Virus record (IMG/VR): IMGVR_UViG_3300029953_000013
Strand: one strand, 5' to 3'
Length of the DNA stretch: 64,000 nt
Source: a virus
Lineage: Duplodnaviria > Heunggongvirae > Uroviricota > Caudoviricetes
Positions 17,978 through 26,956 of this stretch are shown in pieces. The notes under the pieces are model-generated. The model saw only the letters and a list, made by a program, of their open reading frames with translations. It was not told the DNA's origin and searched no databases. Numbering within the stretch: the stretch's first letter is position 1; each line of letters opens with the position of its first letter. Position numbers and translations under genes: made by a program.

Positions 17978-18313
17978 TTACTTTGCAGTCCGGTTGGTCG
18001 CACGCCGAATGAATTCATCGTGAACCGCATCGACCTTGGCAGTCTGGTATTTGCACCACTTATTGATGGCACCAGCTACCTCACAGCGGTGAAGAATATG
18101 GGTTCGCAGGGTGAGCGTGCGGTGATTCTCATCGTATACGCGAAGGGAATGATTCCAGAAGGAACTTGCATCCAGGATGCAAATCGTCCTGCTGAACAGC
18201 CCTTCGGGCGTGTACTCCAGGCTGTCACACCGGGACTCCCAGCGATCCGGCTCTTCCTTGAGCAGCTTGACGATGTGCTGCACGAGGATTTTGATTTCCG
18301 CGGAAGAACTCAT
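17978..18313 (-). CDS. hypothetical protein
   Basis: 111 aa ORF. Confidence 0.5.
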   Translation of the reverse strand: MSSSAEIKILVQHIVKLLKEEPDRWESRCDSLEYTPEGLFSRTICILDASSFWNHSLRVYDENHRTLTLRTHILHRCEVAGAINKWCKYQTAKVDAVHDEFIRRATNRTAK

Positions 18314-18519
18314 TTGTCGGCTTCCTCTTCGGCAAGGACTTCTTCCAGGACGCTCATGAACTGATCAGCAGAGCGCTCACCTACCACTTCCGGCTCCATG
18401 CCATCAATGGTTGCCCCGTCCTCATAGGCATCCGGGTTCTCGCGTATACCCTTGACCCACTTGGTGAAAGCCTTGGTGACTTGGGCTTTGGTGACGCTGA
18501 AAAGGATGGTGTCGCTCAC
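18310..18519 (-). CDS. hypothetical acidic protein, GTG start coupled to the upstream stop
   Basis: GGAGCGGTCGTGA: GTG overlaps the upstream TGA. Confidence 0.35.
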   Translation of the reverse strand: MSDTILFSVTKAQVTKAFTKWVKGIRENPDAYEDGATIDGMEPEVVGERSADQFMSVLEEVLAEEEADK

Positions 18520-18836
18520 GACCGCTCCAGCATGAAAAGCAGGTTGTTGGCTTGCATCTTGCCTACCTGCTGGACCGACAGGCAAATCTCTTCCTCGCGG
18601 GGAATGCAGATGGAAGGCTTCAGGCGCTTGGTGCGCTCGATCTTGGTGAAAGCCCTGGCAAGCTCTTCCTCAGTGAAGCTGTAGACCCTCACAGGCGGCG
18701 GAAGGGGCTTCCGGCTTACCGAAGGGATGACAGGGCACATGCCGACATCAATGGCGAGGCGGATGAGGGCTTCAGCGAGGTCCGCAGGGCGACCGGTGTT
18801 CACGATGGTGTCCTTCTTGGGGAATCCTTCGCACAT
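18516..18836 (-). CDS. hypothetical protein
   Basis: start refined to MCEGFPKK, 2 nt after the upstream TAG. Confidence 0.45.
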   Translation of the reverse strand: MCEGFPKKDTIVNTGRPADLAEALIRLAIDVGMCPVIPSVSRKPLPPPVRVYSFTEEELARAFTKIERTKRLKPSICIPREEEICLSVQQVGKMQANNLLFMLERS

Positions 18837-18837
18837 G

Positions 18838-19599
18838 CTACTTGCCTTCCAGGATGACTTCGGGAGCGGTGGCTTCCTTCTCATAGGTGCAGTCCTCGCA
18901 CAGATCAGCTTCGCATCCGGCGCAGGGATCAAGCTCTTCCATGCCATCAATGTGAATGGCTTCGCCGTTGGTGGCGTCTTCCTGGGCATACCGCGCCCAA
19001 GCATACTGCCGCGCATTGTCGATCATGATGTGACGCACCACGAGCATGATCTTGCAAACCTGCTCCTTGGTGTAGTCGCCGCCCTCGGTAAGCTGCTGGA
19101 CCAGGGAAACCACGAAGTGGTCATTCAGGGTCACACGCCGCAGGATGAACGTGTCTTCCGGGGTGCCGGGCATCGGGGGCAGGATCAGGTCTGCGGGCTT
19201 GGACAGAACCTCGATGATGTTGCCCTCATCGTCCTTGACTCCCGCATCGTGGGCTTCCTGTGACTTCTCCCACTTGACGGTTTCCCAGGAATGCTCGTTC
19301 TTCAGGATGGTGGTGTACTTCTCCCACTGCTGCTGAAGGTTGGCGACGATGAACTGCTTCTCGCCCTCATCGACCTTTCCGAACTCGATCTCACTGAAGA
19401 CGATCATCGGCTGATCAGCCCCGGTGCATTCGGCGGTGGTGGCATTCAGGGGCAGGATCACGGAATCCCGCATACCGTCCGCGAAGGAAGCGTCCAGGCG
19501 CACCTTGTTTGCCGCGATGAAACCGGCAAGCATGTCGTTGTCGGCTTCCTCAACCAGCGTGTCCTTGGGAACGAACTCAGCGATAGAAATCATAGCCAT
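18838..19599 (-). CDS. hypothetical acidic protein with a Cys-rich C-terminus
   Basis: 253 aa; ...CAGCEADLCEDCTYEKE. Confidence 0.55.
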   Translation of the reverse strand: MAMISIAEFVPKDTLVEEADNDMLAGFIAANKVRLDASFADGMRDSVILPLNATTAECTGADQPMIVFSEIEFGKVDEGEKQFIVANLQQQWEKYTTILKNEHSWETVKWEKSQEAHDAGVKDDEGNIIEVLSKPADLILPPMPGTPEDTFILRRVTLNDHFVVSLVQQLTEGGDYTKEQVCKIMLVVRHIMIDNARQYAWARYAQEDATNGEAIHIDGMEELDPCAGCEADLCEDCTYEKEATAPEVILEGK

Positions 19600-19656
19600 T
19601 GGATGGCTCCTTTGAATTGGGGCGCTGTCAAGCGCCGGGGGTTTGTTAATACTTTC

Positions 19657-19670
19657 TTTGTTACCAACAA
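19657..19670 (-). promoter_or_regulatory. GTTGGTAACAAA promoter-like motif
   Basis: upstream of the 19599 start; leftmost copy of the GGTGGTAA-family motif. Confidence 0.4.
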
Positions 19671-19674
19671 CCGG

Positions 19675-20085
19675 TTACGGCTGCTGTTTCCGCTGCATGT
19701 AGTCCTGGTAAATCCGGTCATGCTTGTGTTCCAGCTTCATTCCCTCAGATTCGAGAGTTTCGGGGAAGGGAACAAGGCAGTTGACAAGATCCTCATCTTC
19801 CAGCTTTCCGGCTTCTTCGCGGGTCATGTCAATGGAGTAGACATGCCAGAAGGTGAGCGGGTTAACTTCCATGTGAATGAACTCGCGCTTGATGCGCTTG
19901 AAGTCAACTTCAACCTCAAGACAATCAGCCAATTCATGATGGAGCATCAGGACCGGAACATCGTGTTCCTCAATCTCCCACATGGGGAAGTTGATGTCTT
20001 GGTTGTTGCGCAGCATTGCCATCTTCCCATCCACGTTGATGAGAAGCACCAGGATCATACGCAGGGCGGGTTCCTTGGTCTTCAT
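19675..20085 (-). CDS. hypothetical protein
   Basis: start refined to MKTKEPAL. Confidence 0.45.
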   Translation of the reverse strand: MKTKEPALRMILVLLINVDGKMAMLRNNQDINFPMWEIEEHDVPVLMLHHELADCLEVEVDFKRIKREFIHMEVNPLTFWHVYSIDMTREEAGKLEDEDLVNCLVPFPETLESEGMKLEHKHDRIYQDYMQRKQQP

Positions 20086-20092
20086 GTCCTGC

Positions 20093-20308
20093 CTACTTCT
20101 TCTTCTTGGGGGCGGGAGGGATGATCTCAATATAGGCAATATCCGCCATGGGGTAGCTACGGATCAGATCGTTGTGCCAAAACGACATGACAGAGCCGTT
20201 GTCACCAAAGGGATTGGAGGTAACGTCCTTCCCAAGAAAGGATTCACCGTTCTTGAGAAAAACATTAACGGTAATAAGGGCTTCGTTGCCTTCGGGGTCG
20301 CGGACCAT
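20093..20308 (-). CDS. hypothetical protein
   Basis: 71 aa, ends in KKKK. Confidence 0.45.
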   Translation of the reverse strand: MVRDPEGNEALITVNVFLKNGESFLGKDVTSNPFGDNGSVMSFWHNDLIRSYPMADIAYIEIIPPAPKKKK

Positions 20309-20320
20309 TGCAGGTTCCTT

Positions 20321-20749
20321 TCAGTTGAAGTTTGAGAAGTGGAAATGCGTATCGATTTCCAGTAGATGAAGAATTAGTTGCGCTCTTACATAGACTTCAA
20401 TCCAGGTCTTACCTAACACTCGAAAGGAAACGGGACCGAATGGTGACTTGTCCGCAGGAACCTCTTTTGTATCTACCAACAGTCCAAGGCGCTTGTCGTT
20501 TGGATCGCTCCATCGTCTTGTCTTGCTGGTGAGGATCTTTCCATCACGAAGCTGGGCGTCTAGGATTGCCACAAGGGTAGGGTGTTCCCGTTGCCCAGGT
20601 GCTACTTCAAGCTCAAGCGGGTCTTGGATCTCCAGGCGTTCCACGATGTTATATCGGGCGTCACACCAGGACTTATATACTTCATCCCAAGGCATTGATT
20701 CCACACTTGAGATAAGGAGCCGCATGATTTCATTATTTTGCTTCGACAT
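20321..20749 (-). CDS. hypothetical protein
   Basis: 142 aa. Confidence 0.5.
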   Translation of the reverse strand: MSKQNNEIMRLLISSVESMPWDEVYKSWCDARYNIVERLEIQDPLELEVAPGQREHPTLVAILDAQLRDGKILTSKTRRWSDPNDKRLGLLVDTKEVPADKSPFGPVSFRVLGKTWIEVYVRAQLILHLLEIDTHFHFSNFN

Positions 20750-21398
20750 TATCCTTACCTACCACCGCAAACTCAGCAATGATGAGAAGCATTCGCGCCA
20801 TCAAATCTTGTGGCTTTTGGTCCCTGACAATGAAGCGATACATTGACTTTTCTGCGTTACCGGCGTAGGGCGAATACTTCATTTGCCGTTCCGGTCCTCG
20901 CGCCTCCAGCGTGATAATGCTTTGGGCTTCCTCACACCGGAACTTCCACTGGTTGAACGAGGGATGCTTGCACCAGTGCTGCTCTGATGGGAGCCAATCG
21001 GTAGCAGGGTAGGGGAGCGCCTTGAAGCGTTCTTCCCAAATTCCCCGGAGGTTACGGCAATGGACATCCGCAATGTATTTCGCCCAAAGCACGAAGGTGC
21101 CGGGGATGCTGCCTTCGCCCTGGATCAGCCTCTCGGGAATGTCGGGGTAGTGCCTTTCCCAAACGCTCACTTCTTGGGCTTCCGCCATTTGGCTAAAATC
21201 AGGACTGAGATTATTGTTGTAAAGGTGAGATTCAAGCTGCTTCATCTTCTCCGCATAGCGCAACTGCTCAAGCTGCTGCCGAAGAGTCTCTGAAGCGCAG
21301 CTACGGGCTTGGGATGCACGCAGGATTCGGTTCTCAAGCATGGCGATTGAAGCATCAACGCCGCTGAAATCGTTGAGTGAATATGGATTGCAGGACAT
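20733..21398 (-). CDS. hypothetical protein
   Basis: 221 aa. Confidence 0.55.
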   Translation of the reverse strand: MSCNPYSLNDFSGVDASIAMLENRILRASQARSCASETLRQQLEQLRYAEKMKQLESHLYNNNLSPDFSQMAEAQEVSVWERHYPDIPERLIQGEGSIPGTFVLWAKYIADVHCRNLRGIWEERFKALPYPATDWLPSEQHWCKHPSFNQWKFRCEEAQSIITLEARGPERQMKYSPYAGNAEKSMYRFIVRDQKPQDLMARMLLIIAEFAVVGKDNVEAK

Positions 21399-21401
21399 GG
21401 C

Positions 21402-21767
21402 TCACCGCTCAAGCGAAGCGGGTTGTTTGTGGGTGTGGAGGATATGTGCGATCAGGTATGCCTTCATCCATCCCCGTTCAAGATTGTGATCACTCACACT
21501 TGCCAGAAGATCAGGCTTGGTCGTGCCACGATAGATGATGAAAGGGTCACAGCGCTTACTCTTGCGCTTGTTCTGCGGACTCAACAGGATCTTGATGTCA
21601 CCGAAGACCGGCGTGCCCCATCCTGGCTTGTTCCGCACGGTGTTGCCGATGGCATGTCCCAGGTTGCTTTCCCGCTGCTTGGGGAATGTTTCCCGCCACA
21701 ATAGCTGCACTTCAGGTTCCTCAAGGTTATTGATGTGTTTGATGAGCATTTCCCGCATTGAGTCCAT
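21402..21767 (-). CDS. hypothetical protein
   Basis: 121 aa. Confidence 0.5.
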   Translation of the reverse strand: MDSMREMLIKHINNLEEPEVQLLWRETFPKQRESNLGHAIGNTVRNKPGWGTPVFGDIKILLSPQNKRKSKRCDPFIIYRGTTKPDLLASVSDHNLERGWMKAYLIAHILHTHKQPASLER

Positions 21768-21776
21768 GTGTTTCCC

Positions 21777-22211
21777 CTAGTTCTGTTTGGTGCCCATTTG
21801 GGCGATCTTGATGAGTAGCAGGGCACGAGTCCAAACCTTCCGATACGTGGTTGCACGCAGCGTGAACGACATGAAGCCGGGGATGTAGAAGTTGCACACA
21901 AACCGGGGCGAACTGCCTTTGGTCTGTTTCACACTTAGGTTGAATTCATTGCCGATTCCGGCATCCCGTCCTTGCCGCCAGTTCTTGCGAATGGCAGTCC
22001 AAGCCGTTGCCCACTCCTTGGGAGTCATAAGCTCTTTCAGCTTCTCGTGGCAGGAGCCATCAGGAATGTCAACCAAGTGATGGATAAGCATTTCAGCTTC
22101 AGAACTCAAGCTCGATTTCGATTTCGGTCCTTGCGCCTTTATAGGTTGTCCAACCCAATCGTTGTAAGTGACCCTCTTCCCGTCATTGGTTGTATAAGTC
22201 CTGAGTGCCAT
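21777..22211 (-). CDS. hypothetical protein
   Basis: RBS AAGGAGATTGTCCATG; GGTGGTAACAAAC motif about 20 nt upstream. Confidence 0.5.
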   Translation of the reverse strand: MALRTYTTNDGKRVTYNDWVGQPIKAQGPKSKSSLSSEAEMLIHHLVDIPDGSCHEKLKELMTPKEWATAWTAIRKNWRQGRDAGIGNEFNLSVKQTKGSSPRFVCNFYIPGFMSFTLRATTYRKVWTRALLLIKIAQMGTKQN

Positions 22212-22230
22212 GGACAATCTCCTTGATTGT

Positions 22231-22242
22231 TTGTTACCACCC
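22231..22242 (-). promoter_or_regulatory. GGGTGGTAACAA promoter-like motif
   Basis: member of the conserved upstream motif family. Confidence 0.4.
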
Positions 22243-22646
22243 TAAAGAGCGGCGAACGCATCCCGGTAGGCAAGCTCCAGGAGAGCCTTCATGAGCGTTG
22301 GTGCTACGCCGATCCCCTTACGAGCTATGTCAAGCTTCGTGAAGTAAATCTTGTCCTTCTTGTTCCCAAGGTCCACCTGAAGCCCTTGGTAGTAGAGATC
22401 ACGAAATTCAGCGAAGCGAACCTTTGTGGTCCTCGGGCTAAGGGTGACTTCGATCAACCCTTCCTTCTTCGATTTCGTGACATCCAATTCAACCTTGATG
22501 GCTGCGTCAAGAGTGAAATTCAGAAGATAATCGGTGTGCGATCCGTTGCTGTAGGGCAGGGGGTCTATGTTGAAAATCGTGGCGAAGACTTCATCAAGTT
22601 GGTCATTGGACATGGCATCTAAGTTACGGAGCAAAAGCCTATGCAT
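22242..22646 (-). CDS. putative GNAT-family acetyltransferase
   Basis: IARKGIGVAPTLMKALLELA resembles GNAT motif A; GAGG RBS. Confidence 0.4.
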   Translation of the reverse strand: MHRLLLRNLDAMSNDQLDEVFATIFNIDPLPYSNGSHTDYLLNFTLDAAIKVELDVTKSKKEGLIEVTLSPRTTKVRFAEFRDLYYQGLQVDLGNKKDKIYFTKLDIARKGIGVAPTLMKALLELAYRDAFAAL

Positions 22647-22667
22647 GATCAACCTCACATGCGGCTA

Positions 22668-22676
22668 TTTACCACC
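22668..22676 (-). promoter_or_regulatory. GGTGGTAAA promoter-like motif
   Basis: about 20 nt upstream of the 22646 start. Confidence 0.35.
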
Positions 22677-22677
22677 T

Positions 22678-22905
22678 TTAGATTCGCTTTCCGCATGTTG
22701 GGCAATTACTGCCCTGTTCCAAGTGCGAGTAGTTGTGGCGCGGGCTTGACGCCATCCGAAGCCGGATTTTCTCTTCCGTAACCATAAGATCGCACTCCAT
22801 CTCGGCGCGAAGATTTCTCACGGAAGGTCTTTCCCCTCTAGCCTTGATGCGCTGGTTGCGATCCCTGGCTGCGGCTGCTTGTTTTTCAAGCTCTTCCAGA
22901 GTCAT
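22678..22905 (-). CDS. small protein with a C-terminal CPTCG motif
   Basis: ATGA start/stop overlap with the upstream gene. Confidence 0.4.
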   Translation of the reverse strand: MTLEELEKQAAAARDRNQRIKARGERPSVRNLRAEMECDLMVTEEKIRLRMASSPRHNYSHLEQGSNCPTCGKRI

Positions 22906-23096
22906 AGCGGCAATGATCCAACGAAAAGTACGATGGATAACACGCCAGACACAAAAGAAGTTATGAAGATGGGGAATTCTGCCCAGCCGTGGGAACTTCC
23001 TACTCCGGTGCCTAGATACCACGCGCCACACCAGATTGTTAGAAGGCACGCCGCCATACTGATTCCAGCTAACCCGCGAACTTGGTTGCGATTCAT
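22902..23096 (-). CDS. small membrane protein
   Basis: two hydrophobic helices; ATGA coupling. Confidence 0.45.
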   Translation of the reverse strand: MNRNQVRGLAGISMAACLLTIWCGAWYLGTGVGSSHGWAEFPIFITSFVSGVLSIVLFVGSLPL

Positions 23097-23470
23097 GACT
23101 TCAGTTCCGCATTAACAAGCGTCATGAGCAAGAGGTAGCGTCCACGCGACTCTTCAGCGGTTGCGCCAACGATTCCCTTGGTGGGAAATTTGCCCTTGTT
23201 CCCGTTGTTGCTCAAGTCGGGTGTGCAGAGGAAGCGCGAAGCCCCAGCCACACCGTGCTCATTGAAGAAGTTTACTCCGGTGATTTCATAAATCTGGCTG
23301 CGGGTCAGCTTCTCCCAATGGGTGTTCTTGAAGCGCTTATTCCATTCGTCCTTGAACTGCCGGTGGGTCCAGTTAGAAACCATCTCATGCAGAAGAAGAA
23401 CCTCGGGTTGAATCTTCTCGCTACTGCGGCTGATGAAGATCGGGCTGTATTTGAGATTTGTGTTGCTCAT
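23093..23470 (-). CDS. hypothetical protein
   Basis: ATGA coupling. Confidence 0.45.
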   Translation of the reverse strand: MSNTNLKYSPIFISRSSEKIQPEVLLLHEMVSNWTHRQFKDEWNKRFKNTHWEKLTRSQIYEITGVNFFNEHGVAGASRFLCTPDLSNNGNKGKFPTKGIVGATAEESRGRYLLLMTLVNAELKS

Positions 23471-24030
23471 TGAACACTCCGTCGTAAATTGGGGCAACCC
23501 TCGCGCCCAAGGCGTTCCCATACTTCAAGGACAATGCGGCTGGCGGCATCATCGTAATGTAGGGGCATGTAGAGCAACCGGTAATCGTCCAGCACTCGCT
23601 TGATGGCTGTGTCGATCACAACCGCTTCGTCTTCGGTCTGGTTGCGCCCCTTGGGGTTGTAGACCTTGCTGCGATGGAGCAGGAAGTTCATGTTGTCGAA
23701 CTGCTCATGAGCTTTCATCACAACATCCGGCAGGTTCATCAGCTTGTTTTCCCCGGCGAGATCGTTGTAGACCACAGACAGGACAAGCGGCGAGTCTGTG
23801 ATTACCACATCGACTTCACCCTTCAGCCGGTAGAGCTTCCAGTGCTGCTTCCCGAAGATGTAACACTGATCGGCAAAAATCTTGTGGTTGCCTTCCCACA
23901 CCTTATCTTTGGCGAACTCGGTTGCCAGTTCACAGTTAACGCCAAGGCGCTTGAGCTCGGCAAACACTTCCGCCGCTGTCGTGCTTTTGCCCGATCCAGG
24001 TCCACCGAAAATGTTTACATAGAGGGTCAT
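23467..24030 (-). CDS. AAA_28-type P-loop kinase (NadR-like ribosylnicotinamide kinase domain?)
   Basis: FGGPGSGKSTTAAEVFAELKRLG...ATEFAKDKVWEG resembles the NadR RNK domain; RBS AGGTGGCTTGATG. Confidence 0.5.
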   Translation of the reverse strand: MTLYVNIFGGPGSGKSTTAAEVFAELKRLGVNCELATEFAKDKVWEGNHKIFADQCYIFGKQHWKLYRLKGEVDVVITDSPLVLSVVYNDLAGENKLMNLPDVVMKAHEQFDNMNFLLHRSKVYNPKGRNQTEDEAVVIDTAIKRVLDDYRLLYMPLHYDDAASRIVLEVWERLGREGCPNLRRSVQ

Positions 24031-24233
24031 CAAGCCACCTGCACTTTCCTGACCCAGCATTCAAGATCCCGCACTCCTGCGCGAATCCAGAGCCACCACC
24101 AGAGCCAGTAGATCCCCCAAAGATCCCAGCGCCGGGGCTCCCAGTCCGGGAATGCCTTTCGCACCCTCCGAAGGGTGATGTAGCCCATGAGGGCGAACAG
24201 AAGCGCGAACACTTCGCTTATAAAGAATTCCAT
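24030..24233 (-). CDS. small Trp-rich membrane protein
   Basis: RBS GGAGGCACCTATG. Confidence 0.4.
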   Translation of the reverse strand: MEFFISEVFALLFALMGYITLRRVRKAFPDWEPRRWDLWGIYWLWWWLWIRAGVRDLECWVRKVQVA

Positions 24234-24318
24234 AGGTGCCTCCAAAGGCGGTTTCATTGGTTCATACCAGCAACGGATTACTGCGCGTAGAAGGCTCTAC
24301 AAGCCCCGGCAATTTGAA

Positions 24319-24354
24319 GGGCAGGGAAGGGCGGCTTAGACCCTTCCACTGCCC
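24319..24354 (-). terminator. GC-rich hairpin downstream of the 24386 gene
   Basis: GGGCAGGGAAGGG...CCCTTCCaCTGCCC. Confidence 0.35.
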
Positions 24355-24385
24355 CTGGACCCCTCCCCGGCTCGGGAATCGGTAG

Positions 24386-24634
24386 TTATTTCGCCTCTGC
24401 TTCCTTGATCAAGGCAGGAGCATTTTCATTCATGTAGTGGGCGATCTTCGCGTATCCCTCAGAATCGGCTTCCCGATGGAATCCCCGGAACTTCACCCGC
24501 TGGGGAGTGGCTTCGATAAGCTGTCCACCTTCGTCATAGGTGAAGACGATTGCCCAGCCGAAGGTATGCAAGAGCATGTTGATCCACCAAAGGAAACCGG
24601 CGGCACGAAATTCTTCCCAGGCAGTTTTATTCAT
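24386..24634 (-). CDS. hypothetical protein
   Basis: RBS AAGGAGCAACAATG. Confidence 0.45.
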   Translation of the reverse strand: MNKTAWEEFRAAGFLWWINMLLHTFGWAIVFTYDEGGQLIEATPQRVKFRGFHREADSEGYAKIAHYMNENAPALIKEAEAK

Positions 24635-25059
24635 TGTTGCTCCTTGTGGTATAACCCGCATGTATGATTGAGAGTATTGACAATGTATATGGGCAAGCCT
24701 TTCGCATGTGCCTTCTCACACATAGACTTGGTGCCAGGGCTTGTCCCGTCCCAAAGAAGGATCACTGCCTCTGCGTAGTTTGCCATTTCCTGGTTGCGGT
24801 AGTGCCCAGCATTAGCATTGAAAGGCTTTCCCATCCAGCTTGTTTTGATCACAGCCCTTGGCTGCTTCAAATCCCACCACTTTGCAGGGAACCGCTTGAT
24901 GGGCACCTTGTTTTGATAAGCCCACCGTTCACCGCTCTTATCAGCCCCGGCAGCTTCACCAGAGATCACTTCGGTGATTTCCCAACCGCAGTGCGCCACA
25001 GCGTATTCGAGCAGCTTGTAGTTTGTGAAGGTGCGGCTACCGGCGATGATGGTCTTCAT
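24631..25059 (-). CDS. SLOG-fold protein (DUF2493-like)
   Basis: N-terminus MKTIIAGSRTFTNY is typical of the family. Confidence 0.45.
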   Translation of the reverse strand: MKTIIAGSRTFTNYKLLEYAVAHCGWEITEVISGEAAGADKSGERWAYQNKVPIKRFPAKWWDLKQPRAVIKTSWMGKPFNANAGHYRNQEMANYAEAVILLWDGTSPGTKSMCEKAHAKGLPIYIVNTLNHTCGLYHKEQQ

Positions 25060-25240
25060 TCCGGCTTCCCATCATTCCAATTGTGGATCGGTAGTTTCTT
25101 GTCCCTGAAGAAATCGTGGTAAGGCTTTGCGAAGCAAAGGCAGCATGGAATGGAATGCTCATGCACTGCCTCGTACCGGCACTTGTGGCACTTGCTGGGT
25201 CCAATCGGGTTCTCTTTGGGCTTGAAGGAAATCTTCAGGT

Positions 25241-25429
25241 CTACCACGTTGAACCGCCGTGGTGGTGAGGGTCCACGATTACTGCCACGACTAAAGCCAG
25301 CCCACAAAGGACGGGGAAGATCATGAATGGGGTCAGGACCAGGGCGGGTGCGAAGTGCAGTGCGCAGAAGGTAATGAGTCCCACGAGCAGAAGGCACCAA
25401 AGCCGTTTGTCTGTGTAGATGGATTGCAT
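25241..25429 (-). CDS. small membrane protein
   Basis: RBS GGAGATTCTATG; hydrophobic. Confidence 0.4.
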   Translation of the reverse strand: MQSIYTDKRLWCLLLVGLITFCALHFAPALVLTPFMIFPVLCGLALVVAVIVDPHHHGGSTW

Positions 25430-25437
25430 AGAATCTC

Positions 25438-25689
25438 CTAGTAGCGATGCGCTAGAGCGAAGGAAATGTATTGGACAGGATCACTATCAATGTAGGTCCA
25501 CTTACCAGTTACCAACTTTGCATCCTTGGTGAGCCGCCCACACGCAGAGCAAACGCCTTTGATTGGAATGCTTGCCTGTAACCGCCAGTTACGGATGAAC
25601 TCGCCACAGGGGCATTCCCAGGCAACGGTGAAGTCGGTAGTTTTGACTTCAGGCGCTTTCTTCGTAAACCAGCCCATAGCATTCTCCAA
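25438..25689 (-). CDS. hypothetical protein with CPCG...CSACG
   Basis: 83 aa. Confidence 0.45.
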   Translation of the reverse strand: MENAMGWFTKKAPEVKTTDFTVAWECPCGEFIRNWRLQASIPIKGVCSACGRLTKDAKLVTGKWTYIDSDPVQYISFALAHRY

Positions 25690-25846
25690 GGTTACATAAT
25701 CGTCATTATCGAAAGCTAGAAATGATTAGGCTTACAGCCAGTATACCATTATCCAGCTTGTGTGATACCGCTCACAAAGGAAATCCTTGGGATACGGAGT
25801 GATAAGGCTTAAACTGTAAGGTGAACGGTTTCTTGAAAGGAACCCT

Positions 25847-26056
25847 ATGGATCGTCAGGCACTCTCAGTGCGAGAGCTTGAAGTCCTACGATGGCTGGGC
25901 GAGGGAAAGAAGTCTTACGATATTGGCATCATTCTTGACATCTCGCACCGAACCGTAGACTTCCATGTAAAAAACATAACCAAGAAGTTGAATGTAGTCA
26001 CTCGTGCGCAAGCTGTAGCAACTGCACTCAAGGCTGGTCTAATTATGCATACATGA
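25847..26056 (+). CDS. LuxR/GerE-type HTH DNA-binding protein (stand-alone)
   Basis: LSVRELEVLRWLGEGKKSYDIGIILDISHRTVDFHVKNITKKL is the LuxR C-terminal HTH; plus strand among minus-strand genes. Confidence 0.65.
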   Translation: MDRQALSVRELEVLRWLGEGKKSYDIGIILDISHRTVDFHVKNITKKLNVVTRAQAVATALKAGLIMHT

Positions 26057-26087
26057 TATGCACTCCCCGTAAAGGGAGCGCTATGAA

Positions 26088-26345
26088 CTACAGCAGCCTA
26101 TATCGGTAAAGCCCGGTGCCAAGATATTCCTTCTCAATCTTGTGGCTTCCGAAGCGAGGTTTCCGCAAGTGCCGAAGCTGGGCACTCACGCTTGCTTCGG
26201 GGGCATCGCACAGGTCCGCGAGGGTATACCAGTTTCCGTCTTTGATCTTGTCATAGATGCGGTCAAGCTGGGATGTCAGGCGCGTAGTATCCCGCACCGG
26301 AACGTAATTGGAGCCATTGAAGTTTGCGTGCATTGGCGCTGGCAT
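26088..26345 (-). CDS. hypothetical protein
   Basis: 85 aa. Confidence 0.45.
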   Translation of the reverse strand: MPAPMHANFNGSNYVPVRDTTRLTSQLDRIYDKIKDGNWYTLADLCDAPEASVSAQLRHLRKPRFGSHKIEKEYLGTGLYRYRLL

Positions 26346-26353
26346 GGTATCTC

Positions 26354-26911
26354 CTACTTCCCGGTCATCTTCCAGGCGAAGTCCAAGAGTCTGTCGAGCT
26401 TCACGTAAAGCTCATCCAGCCCTCGGTTGTTGTTGATCACGAATTGGAACTTCTGCCCTGATGCTGCGTACTCATCAAGGGCGGTTTCGGAATCATTGTT
26501 CATGAATTCAGGATCAGCACCACGAGCAAGCCGAACTTCCGGCTCTGCCTCGATCCGAACCAGGATGAACTTGTTCCGTTCAAGCATGTTGAATTCGTTG
26601 GGGAAGCGCATGTCCGTTACGATCTTGAAGCAGTCGGTCAGCACTTCCGCCTTGATCTCACGCTCGGTGGCATTAACCCACACCAGGGGATCAAGCTTCC
26701 TGGCATACTGCCCGATCATGATCTCAAGCTCCCGGTCCTTTACGACTTCAAAGCCGCACTCTTCCTGGAAGTGCCCACGAATACCTTTCAGGGTGTCCGC
26801 GAACGCCATGCGCTCAACATAGAAGCCGTCTTCACCCAGCTTCTTGATGATGTAGTCGGCAGCGGTGTCCTTCCCTGCCCTCATTTTGCCGCTAAAGGCG
26901 ATTTGAATCAT
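26354..26911 (-). CDS. deoxynucleoside monophosphate kinase (T4 gp1-like)
   Basis: MIQIAFSGKMRAGKDTAADYI matches the gp1 P-loop region; RBS GAAGGAGAATCCCAAATG. Confidence 0.6.
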   Translation of the reverse strand: MIQIAFSGKMRAGKDTAADYIIKKLGEDGFYVERMAFADTLKGIRGHFQEECGFEVVKDRELEIMIGQYARKLDPLVWVNATEREIKAEVLTDCFKIVTDMRFPNEFNMLERNKFILVRIEAEPEVRLARGADPEFMNNDSETALDEYAASGQKFQFVINNNRGLDELYVKLDRLLDFAWKMTGK

Positions 26912-26935
26912 TTGGGATTCTCCTTCTCTCATTGG

Positions 26936-26947
26936 TTAATACCACCC
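26936..26947 (-). promoter_or_regulatory. GGGTGGTATTAA promoter-like motif
   Basis: upstream of the dNMP kinase gene. Confidence 0.35.
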
Positions 26948-26956
26948 TGCCCTGCC

